The notes under the pieces are model-generated. The model made no database searches, was not told where the DNA came from, and saw only the letters and a list, made by a program, of their open reading frames with translations. Positions 50,378 to 60,199 of a stretch of DNA of 64,000 nt are shown here, piece after piece (within the stretch, counting starts at the first letter, position 1; each line of letters starts with the position of its first letter). Both the position numbers and the translations under genes were made by a program. The stretch comes from Octopus sinensis (taxonomy: Eukaryota). The DNA is taken from assembly GCF_006345805.1 (NCBI RefSeq), contig NC_043006.1, positions 30,070,001 to 30,134,000 of the forward strand, in the 5' to 3' direction.

Positions 50378-51101
50378 TACATGTAAGTTCTCTAGACATC
50401 CTAGTGTTTGAGGCTATACTCATGAAGTAATGTAGATAATTAACAGATTTCTAAAGTTCATTAAAGTTCTTAAAGATGATGTACAGACTTATCACAGAAT
50501 TTTAAAAAAGTTTTGATAGCATCACAGAGAAGGTGACCTAATCCATATGAATTTCTAGATATGATGAGGGATTATATACTCACAGAAGACAAATTTATCC
50601 ATTGTTAATTACAACGAGGTGGGTCTCAATTCCTGCTTATTAGCATTACAGAGAGGGTGAATTAATCCTTGTATATATGCACAGATTCCAATGGTGTAAT
50701 GTAAATTTCCAGAGAAATGGAGATGAATTTCATATTCACAGGCGATAAATTTTACAATTTCTCTGGAAATTTACATCTACACCATTGGAATCTGTGCATA
50801 TATACAAAGGATTAATTCACCCTCTCTGTAATGCTAATAAGCAGGAATTGAGACCCACCTCGTTGTAATTACAATGGATAAATTTGTCTTCTGTGAGTAT
50901 ATAATCCCTCATCATATCTATGGAAATTCATATGGATTAGGTCACCTTCTCTGTGATGCTATCAAAACTTTTTTAAAATTCTGTGATAAGACTGTACATC
51001 ATCTTAAAGAACTTTAATGAACTTTAGAAATCTGTTTAATTATCTACATTACTTCATGAGTATAGCCTCAAACACTAGGATGTCTAGAGAACTTACATGT
51101 A

Positions 51102-51192
51102 TTTTAGCTGATGAGTACGGGACTCGTTTATATGCTGTAATCTTTGCAACTTTTAATAAAACCTGTCCTTGTATGAAACGATCGTACTAAAA
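51102..51192 (+). ncRNA. Type-I hammerhead ribozyme with extended stem II
   Basis: UUUUAG CUGAUGA GUACGGGAC [41 nt] GUCCUUGUAU GAAA CGAUCG UA/CUAAAA. Stem I 6 bp; stem II begins with a G-U pair and contains an internal mismatch; palindromic ACGAUCGU stem III; GUA site. Confidence 0.8.
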
Positions 51193-52699
51193 ACCTATCC
51201 ATTCTTGTTGCTTCTTTCTCGCGTATATATATATATATATATATAATATATAGCTGATAAAGAGGAGAGTTGAGGAATAAGGAAGGGTTCAATGAAGCAA
51301 GAGAAGGTATAGGGATAGAAGGAAAAACATTCATTTAAGCCTGTTGATGACATTTATCAGTAAAAGCTGCTGGACTTTTTCCCCAATGTAAAGGTGCTGC
51401 AGAGTATGCATATGATGATGTGCAACTAAAGTTCTGAGTAATATGATATTGTGACTTTGGCCCAGAGATGGTTGTTAAAGTAGGGACAGATGTTGCATTG
51501 TCACAAATGCATTTAACAGTTCCAGGTTGTGGGTGTCTGAGTGCTGAGAAGCTTCTTCTGAGGAGGTTTCCAAGGTTCCTATATTCTTTTTAAAATGTGA
51601 AGAGGGGTGATGTGGGAAACACAGGTGCAGTTGTTGGATCAGAAAATAGAATTCAGATATTGCAGATAAGTTTATCTTTGAATGGAAGGACAATGGACAG
51701 GGCAAAGGTGACAGAGGGTGCAATTTGGTCTGTAATCTCTATATATGTAAACGGCAAAATGTCTGTCTGTGTGTGTGTGTCCTTTATACAAATCCACAAT
51801 TTTTCAGTTAGAAGGCTCGCACTTTCTATGGTCATTCAAAACCGTTCAAGGGTGGTCGTACACATCTTTACATTTCCCCAGTCACCCCGCAAAGCCATTA
51901 AAAAATCAATAGAAGTGACTTTTTTGTGAATTTTCTATCCAAAACCCAATCAAAATGCCTGAAACTTGATACGCCAATTGAATGCCAGCTAGCTGTATGT
52001 GATTGGTTGGAGATTTGGACAGTATTTGTGTGTATGTGTGCATGCACGCAGCTGTATATGCATGCACTAGCACTATGACCCGATGTTGCCTGGTCATAGT
52101 GCTAGTTGTGCATAAAGTGGGATGGAAAGCGGTAGTATGGTTGATTGCCTTCAACTTCTCTCATACAATTTCTTCCACAACTTCTTATTTACATATGAAG
52201 CCCACATGATTCTGCATTCCTTATTAATTGCAGTCAGTTTATCTTTGAGGACATAAAACTCTACTATCTTCTTGTTTGTCCTCAGTCACTTCTTTCCTGA
52301 AGTAGGACTTCGTCCAAAACATTAAATGTTTCACTCCTCACAAGGTCACTGGACTCGTTTTATCACTTCTATTAAATATTACAAGTTTTGTTGATCCAAC
52401 ATATCATATATACTGTATACAAGTGTATATAATATTATATATTACAGGGGCAGCATAGTAGAGAGGTTGATAAGTTTGTTTCACAAGCACAAAGTCTTGG
52501 CTGAATATCATTTTCTGTAGACTTGACCCAGAGCTTGTGACTGAAAAAAAAATACAACTTTGTCACACTTATTCTGGCTGAGAATTACATTAAGGGTTCA
52601 TATGTCCAGGGAAGACTCAATCACTTACACAGTAAGTCAATCGATCAAATAACTGAAACCTCATCAGACATCCATCAGCTAGGTGATATAATCTATATA

Positions 52700-53373
52700 C
52701 AGGGTGCAGTGAATAAACTGTCATCTAATTTATGCAAAAAGAAAATAACACTGACGTCTCATTTTAACAGATATATTTATCAAAATTACATAAACATTTC
52801 TTGATATACTAAAGAGTAAATTTATTCAATAAAATCGCCATTGGCTTCAACCACTGCCTCCAGATGACTTTGGCATCTCTTCTGGATGATCTTGTTTAAG
52901 TTGGTGAATGCTGTCATAATCCTTGCCTTCAGTTCATCTTTGGTGTTACAAAGAGTTTTGTTGGTCTGCATCCACACATAATAATCAAGAGGGTTGTGTA
53001 GAGCCTGAAGCTGTGTGGGAAGATGAATGAAGGCATAATGTTACCGTCACTAATGATCACTCCAAACACCCTGATGTTGACTAGATGTTTGATTTTTATC
53101 ATTCTTGGTACACATTTTGGGGACATGGCAAGCCAACGGTTGTTCTGTATGTTCACCATCTGTTCATAGTGGAGCTTCCGGTGTGGATGCTAAGCAGTAC
53201 AGCATGTTGTTTCCAAATTTCTGGCAGAGTGAGTTGCATCATGGTGCTGTTTTTCTCACAGACAGTGCCCAACTGATCCTACTATACTGTGTAGTCAGTG
53301 AAATAGAAAACAAACAATGTACTTGCATGAAATTAAGAATCTAAAATGGCGACAATTTACCCATCGCACCGTG
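52700..53373 (-). mobile_element. Internally deleted Tc1/mariner element (maT/DD37D-like)
   Basis: TA at both flanks; imperfect TIRs CAGGGTGCAGTGAATAAACTGTC and CACGGTGCGATGGGTAAATTGTC. Remnants VFGVIISDGNIMPSFIFP and NPLDYYVW...KDELKARI...AVVEANGDFIE*. Confidence 0.8.
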
Positions 53374-53709
53374 TATATGTGGATGTATACATGTATATAT
53401 AGCTTGTGTTTTACTTGTTTCAGTCATTAGACTGTGGTCATGCTGGGGTACCACCTTCAAGAATGTTAGCTGAATGAATCAATCCCAGTACTTATTTCTT
53501 TCTTTTAAGCCTGATAATTAATTTATCAGTCCTTTTTGCCAAACTGCTAAGTTACAGAAACATAAACACACCAACATCAGTTGTTAAGTGGTAGTGGGAG
53601 ACCAACACACACACACAATGGGCCTCTTTCAGTTGCTGTCTACCAAATCCATTCACAAGAAGGCTATCATAGTAGACACTTGTCCAAGATGCTATGCAGT
53701 GGGATTGAA

Positions 53710-54500
53710 CCTGGAACCATGTAGTTGGGAAGAGTACCTTTTATGTGCCACCAACATGGGCGCCTGTTACATGACAACAGCATTGGCCACAATTATGGTT
53801 TCACTTGGCTTGACAGATCTTCTCAAGCATGGCATATCACCAAAAGTCTCAGTCACTTGTCATTGCCTCCATGAGATCCAATATGCAAAGATCATGCTTC
53901 ACCACCTCGTCTCATGCCTTCTTGGGTCTACCTCTTCCACAGGTTCTCTCCACAGTTAGAGATCGGCACTTCTTCACACTCTCCTCATCCAAATGCATCA
54001 CATGACCATACCAACACAGTCGTCTCTCTTGCACACCACATCCAATATTTCTTATGCTCAGCGTTTCTCTCAAGATGCTTACATTCTGTTGTGTATGCAC
54101 ACTGACATTGCACATCCAGCGAAGCATACCAGCTTCATTTCTTTCAAGGCCTTCACATATCCTTCGCTGTTACATCTCATGTTTCACTGCAGTGTAGCAT
54201 GGCTGTTCACACACAGGCTTCATAGTCTGCCTTTCACTCTGACGGAGTGACCCTTTGTTATCAACAGAGGTAGGAGATCTCTGAATTTTGCTCAGCCTAT
54301 TCTTATTCTAGCAGTTATGCTCTCAGAGCATCCACTTCTGCAACTGACTTGTCTCGCTTCTAAAGGACTCCTGGCATGCAGTTTTGCTCTATCACGTTAA
54401 CACTGGCCTCTCTCACACAAGAACATTCTTCTTCCATGTGCACCAGCAGTACAGACCAAATTCAATGTCGTTATCTCATGCTTACTAGAAACACTTCTAT
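53710..54500 (-). mobile_element. RTE LINE 3' end
   Basis: LRWMCNVSV...RRLCWYGHVMHLDEESVKKCRSLTVERTCGRGRPKK; homologous to 60590-61000. Confidence 0.85.
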
Positions 54501-54979
54501 CAAGTCTCTTTCTATTTACACAAAGCACAACTAATATCTTCACGCATTAATTCATTTACTGCTAACACACCAGAGACCTCTCTATTAAGAACTCTATGCA
54601 AGGCAATTCATGTGTAACCCACTGCTACAATAAAACTTTATAATCTTAAAGCAAGTTGTTATTGTATATCACCACACAGCTAATGAACACACGAACAAAG
54701 TTTGCGATGTCTCTCTGTCACACACTGCTATCAGTAACTACTGTCGCCAACATCATCTTCAACCAACAACCACAGAGTCAACCTGACATGAGAACAACTT
54801 TTTGTCAAACTAATAACCAACAGACAATGTTAAGGTGGTGGCATCAACAAACCGCTACACTGGTGACCTCAGAACCCTATCATCATATGGCAATCTTTCA
54901 TTGCTATAGACTGAATCTGAGAAAGTTCTAAAGTAATTACATTGGTTACTCCTGTAAACTAATTAAAACAACATCGTTA

Positions 54980-55290
54980 GATGTCCTTTAAGTTTATTTT
55001 GTGATAGTATTAACATGTCCCAAAGTCCTACCAGGGCTTTGCTCTCATTCGATACAGTAGCTGCAGGCTGGAAGAGGCCTTGTGTCAGGACCTGCATCAG
55101 ATGGATGGACGTGATTGGAGAAGATCTGCAGAATCTTGGAGGATGCAGAGGGTCTGGCATGGGACCACCAGCGATAGAGAGCACTGGTGGACCTGGTTGG
55201 CTCTTCACATGATGATGTCCCTGGGGGCCACTAAGCTGGGATGATCCCGGCTCCATCAAGTATGAGGATGAAACAAAGTGAGCAACATTT
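54980..55290 (+). mobile_element. RTE-like LINE 3' fragment (second family)
   Basis: AAGWKRPCVRTCIRWMDVIGEDLQNLG, resembling the RTE C-terminal GWKRP.GRP..RW.D motif. Confidence 0.55.
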
Positions 55291-55912
55291 ACATGTTTGC
55301 TGACCCTATTATAACTAAGGGGACTCTGTACAACATTTTTGGGCATGCCCACACAAGTGTGCCATCCCCGACTTTGTTTCCTTATAGCTTCTAGAAAAAT
55401 AGATATTTTTAAAATGAAATTTTCAACTAATACTCTTCAGATGCTGTAGATTATATCAGAATATACACCATCAGAAGCATATTTGTATAAAAATTTCATT
55501 ACAAAATATACATTTTTTTGGAAGTTACAAGAAACGAAGTCGTGGGGCAATTTTTTTTTATCTTTTATTGCAAATTCTACCACAAAATGGTAAGATATAC
55601 ACACCAAAGCAGATCATGACATTTCGAGACCCTAAATTCAATTTGATTTTCATTAGAGAAAGTCATTTTTAGGCTATGTCCATCGTCATCAACAGCCGAA
55701 AGTTTTGACGTTGACGGGATTTGATATTCTAACGGACGGAAAAATAGAATAAAAGTAAATGTAGCAAGAAATTTCGTAAAATCTTATTGAAAATATTTTC
55801 AACAATTCAATATCGTATTTTTATATTCTAAATGTAAAAACGTTTTTTTTTTTCGACCGTATTTAAAAGGAAATTCGAAACTAAGACTAAAAATACACGC
55901 ATTAGTTTAAAG

Positions 55913-57145
55913 ATGGCTTCGAACACTTCGAGGAAGTTAAATGATGTTGAGAAGGAAATCGTTGACAAAATACCTTCAGCTTCTTTGGAAGAAATTAAAC
56001 AGTTATTGAGTGAACCTGGAGTACGTATAGACTGCCTGGATGAGCAAGGAACTACACCATTACAACATGCTGCATTCAAAGGACGAAGCGACTTATGTGA
56101 CTTGTTCTTACAACGCGGGGCCGATGTTAACTCCAATAATCACATCGATGGTTATACCGCCCTCATGTTTGCTGCTCTTTCAGGTAAACCTACTCTTGTT
56201 CGAAAGATGTTATGTGCCGGGGCAAAGACTGACCCCGTGAATCGTGTCAATCGAACAGCCGCTCAAATGGCATCCTTTGTTGGCTATCACAAATGTGTTT
56301 CAACTATAAATAATTTCATTAGCTTCGATGAAGTGGATTATTACACCAAACCACAAGGCCTGGAGAAAGAAGCGAAACTTCTCAAACATTTGGTCACACC
56401 ATTGGTAGAACTGCTTAACAACTCTTATCTTCATCCGTTAAAGGTTTCTTATTTTTTAGAAGCTAATCCAAGTCTCCTGGAAAATTCGCATAAGGTACAA
56501 AAAGTTTTAGATATTATGTGCGAAAAAAGTATGAAAAGTGCTGATACAAATGATGTGATGGCTATCAAAGTAAATTATTACTCATTTATGATTCGAAACC
56601 TCGCCAAATCGTACAATGAAAAAGAAAAGTCGCTAAATAGTTGGATTAAGAGTTTAGTGAAGGGCAGAGACAGTGATGGCTTTGCCGAAAAACCCGAAAA
56701 GCTTATACGTCAGTCCATGAAAGAATTTATCTACATTGAGTCGGATCTTTTTTTGCAATTTATTCGAACTGTGTCTCCTGTAGCCATTGGAGATTATCCC
56801 ACGGCTCTTTCAGTCCTCACTAACTGTGTTCATGGACAACAGTTTAAAAACGACAATGTAAGTTGCGAAGCTTGTGGAGAAAACGAGTCTACAAAGAAAT
56901 GCTCTGCTTGTAAAATGGTTTACTATTGTAGCCAACGTTGTCAGAAGCTGCGCTACACTACACATAAGAAGTTTTGTGCTCAGCTTCTAAAGGAATTTGA
57001 AGAGCTTGAAAAGAAGAACAAAGATGCGAATGATAAAGAGAATTTCTCTGAAGAGAAAAATGGAGAGCAACAGGTAGAAGTCAAGGAAGATAGCGGTAAA
57101 TTAGAAGAGGCTGTGGAGAAAATCGAAATTAAATCTGAGGTATAG
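55913..57145 (+). CDS. ANKMY2: Ankyrin repeat and MYND domain-containing protein 2 (DAF-25 orthologue), single coding exon, 410 aa
   Basis: Uninterrupted ORF with aagATGG start. Three N-terminal ankyrin repeats (GTTPLQHAAFKG, GYTALMFAALSG, NRTAAQMASFVG) and a MYND finger CEAC..CSAC..YC...C.......H...C at 56864-56977. Acidic/lysine-rich tail. Confidence 0.93.
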   Translation: MASNTSRKLNDVEKEIVDKIPSASLEEIKQLLSEPGVRIDCLDEQGTTPLQHAAFKGRSDLCDLFLQRGADVNSNNHIDGYTALMFAALSGKPTLVRKMLCAGAKTDPVNRVNRTAAQMASFVGYHKCVSTINNFISFDEVDYYTKPQGLEKEAKLLKHLVTPLVELLNNSYLHPLKVSYFLEANPSLLENSHKVQKVLDIMCEKSMKSADTNDVMAIKVNYYSFMIRNLAKSYNEKEKSLNSWIKSLVKGRDSDGFAEKPEKLIRQSMKEFIYIESDLFLQFIRTVSPVAIGDYPTALSVLTNCVHGQQFKNDNVSCEACGENESTKKCSACKMVYYCSQRCQKLRYTTHKKFCAQLLKEFEELEKKNKDANDKENFSEEKNGEQQVEVKEDSGKLEEAVEKIEIKSEV

Positions 57146-58222
57146 TGTGCTTGAGACGTAAATGTGTATACTGTTTCCTGGTGTTTTAAATGAATGACTG
57201 AAGTTTCTTGGCAATTCATTCTAACATTAATAAGATTGAACTATATATTTCAATTGTAATTAATATTTTTACTTTATAAACTATTTTCTGACTAGTTAAG
57301 GACGAAATATCTTAGTTCTATTATAAAGTGAAAAAAAAGTTTTCTATTTGTATTGCTTTTATTTAGTTCGGAAAGCCAAAATTATTTGATTGTCAAAGGA
57401 TTCTAGAGTAAAATTCTGTGTAAGGTAGGGCGAAGAAAATGGATTTTAGCTTAGACTGATTGAAATAAAATGAGACTGTTTTACTGAAAGACTTAACATT
57501 TATCAACAAAAAAAAAACCCAAAGGAGAAACGAACGAATATATTTGTTGGTTTATTGGCATGTGAAAAATTATCGAATTTTCTCGGCGGTTTTTCTCACA
57601 TCAGGGGAGATAACGCCTTTCATATAAACCAGAACTGTTCTCGCCCCTGCCGTGTGAAACTAAGACAATATCGCTTTCTATTCCTATCATTCATAAAGCA
57701 TTTTTGTTCAACAGTCATATTTCCTTATGTAAAGTTGTAGAAATATTGTTGAATAAAGTTACTCTCACTCATTATTTTCTCTTATTTTTCATCTGATTTG
57801 CTTGAGAAGTGTATTAACGCTTTTACAGTTGCCACCGTAAGGTATTTTCTTCACACAAGGAGTCCAGGCATAACTAGAGTTTGGAGTTAACATGCATTTT
57901 ACTGCCGAAAAAGAGTGAAACTAAATTGTTCTTAGAAAATGAAAGTATATTGCGATAGAAACAGCAAATCTCGTAATTCCATATAGATATGTATACATCT
58001 TTGTCATTTTATAAGATTTTGCTGGCAGTGACCCTCCCATTAACTGCAGCATCCAGGATGTAGGAGGGAGCAAAGGAGTCGCAGACTGTGACGTCCTAAA
58101 TAAGGCACCTACCTCTAACCCATGGGCAGAGAGTAAGACCATCTCGTCTCTTTCCATTACCTCTGGATAACCCCAACGGCTCCAGAACATAATTACTATA
58201 TGATGTATCCAATTCATATATA

Positions 58223-59433
58223 CAGTTGTTGGACAAAATAATGGAAACACCTAGCATCTTAATATTGAAATATCTATAAAACCGTCAAAAGCTTGTTTAT
58301 TTTTATGTTTTATTATTAGTGTTGCTTAATATGTTTTGCTAAAATTGCTGTTTCTTTTCACATATCAGAAAAAGGTAATTAAAAGTCATTAAAATGACAG
58401 ATCTATCGGACTTTCAAAGAGGTCAAATTGTTGGTGCTCGTATAGGCAGGCACTAGCACAACAAAAATAGCCGAATTGTTTGGTGTATCAAGAAGTACTG
58501 TCTCAAAAGTAATTTGAAAAAGAGGGGAAAACCTCCTTGTTGAAACAAAACTCCGGAAGAAAACCAAAACTTTCAGATAGGGACTGTCGGAATCTTACAC
58601 AAATTGTTAGAAAGGATCACAAAAGTACAGCTCCCCAAATTACTGTAGAGCTTAATGACCACCTCGAGAACCCGGTTTCCACAAAAACTGTTTGCCGGGA
58701 GCTGTACAAAGCCAGATTTCACAAGGGGGCTGCAATCAGAAAACCACTACTTTCAAAAACGTTGCAAAGCGTTTAGAGTGGAGTAAAAACCTACAGAATT
58801 GGTCTGTAGAGCAGTGGAAGAATGTTATTTTCTCAGAGGAGTCATCTTTTACCTCATTTTCGACCACCAGCCGAGTATATGTGTGGAAACATCCAAAAGA
58901 AGCATTTGACCCAGACTGCCTTCTTCCAACTGTTAAACATAGAGGAAGATCTGGAGGAGCTATATCTTGGAAATCTGCCGGCCTGATGGTTTCCCTTCAT
59001 GGCAGAATTAATAGTCTAGACTATTTAAGCATTTTATCTGATCAAATTCATCCTATGGTTGTGGAACTGTTTCTGGAGAGAAACACAATCTTTCAGGATG
59101 ATAATGCAATAATGGCATGAGGAACATTCTAGTGAAGTTGAACATTTTATCTGGCCACTACAGTCTCCAGATCTCAATATTATTGAACATTTATGGTACA
59201 TTTTAGAAAAAACAAGTAAGGAGTCGATTTCCTCCACCATCAATCACTACAAGAACTGGAGTCTGTTTTAGCTGAAGAATGGACAAATATTCCTTTGGAA
59301 ACAATTCAGACGTTGTACGAGTCCATACCTTGTAGAATTCAAGCTGTAATTACTGCCAAAGGCAGTCTAATCCCATATTAAAATAAATTTGTTTGAAATT
59401 TTAAGGTGTTCTCATTATTTCGTCCAACCCCTG
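58223..59433 (+). mobile_element. Full-length Tc1-like DNA transposon (inactive DD34E transposase, about 58394-59381)
   Basis: TA at both flanks; 30-bp TIRs CAGTTGTTGGACAAAATAATGGAAACACCT and CAGGGGTTGGACGAAATAATGAGAACACCT (25/30). Motifs MTDLSDFQRGQIVGAR, SGRKPKLSDRD, W.NVIFSEESSF, PTVKH, FQDDNA, WPLQSPDLNIIE. Confidence 0.93.
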
Positions 59434-59457
59434 TATATATTCAATGTGTATTATAAG

Positions 59458-59720
59458 TGCAGGTGTGGCTTCCTAACCACATGGTTCCAGGTTCAGTCCC
59501 ACTGCATGGCTCCTTGGACAAGTGTCTTCCACTATAGCCCCAAGCCAACCAGAATTTTCTGAGTGTATTTGGTAGACAGAAACTTAAGAAACACCATCAT
59601 ATATATCTGTGTGTATATCTTTGTATCCCCATAACTTAGCACTTCAACGTCCCTTCCGGGGTTGATTTATTTGACTAAAACCCTTCACAGTGGCATCTCA
59701 GCATGGCCACAGTCAAAGCT
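59458..59720 (+). mobile_element. tRNA-derived SINE, second family
   Basis: GCAGGTGTGGC...GGTTCAGTCCCACTGC...TTTGGTAGACAGAAAC. Confidence 0.8.
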
Positions 59721-59759
59721 TCAAACATCTAATCATTGATTATTTATATTCTTTGAATT

Positions 59760-59960
59760 GCATCAGGCAGAATTGTCCGCAATGCCAGCTAAAAATGTTT
59801 AGCAGGCCACTAAGCATTTTTGCCTTTATGTTCTGTTTCCAGATTCCACAGGGATTACCTTAATCTTTCATCCTTCCGGGGTCGATAAACAAAATACCAG
59901 CTGAACACAGCAGTTGATTTCATTTTCTTACCCTCCCCCTAAAACTGCTGGTCTTGGGTG
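59760..59960 (+). mobile_element. tRNA-derived SINE (same family as 1735)
   Basis: GGCAGAATTG...CTTTCATCCTTCCGGGGTCGATAAAC.AAATACCAG. Confidence 0.65.
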
Positions 59961-60199
59961 AAACTCGGGAAGCAATTGTTTTTCTTTTTTTTTTACTTAT
60001 ATTACATCACATTTTTCACAGTTTCTAGGAGATTTAAAAAATTTTTTGATGTCTCTTGTACATGCTACAATTATTAAGATTTCTTTTTCATCACTGAATT
60101 TCCTTTTAATTAATATAAATTTTAAATCTGACAAAGAATCTCTACGTATTTTCATTATTGTAAACTTCATTTTGTTTCGTTAATCTTATTTTATTTTAT

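Larger units (their letters stand above)
50258..51222. repeat. Long palindrome (arms 50258-50718 and 50757-51222, 38-nt spacer)
   Basis: Arms are reverse complements, differing by 6 small indels and 2 substitutions (compared by eye). The right end abuts (TA)n. Confidence 0.97.
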
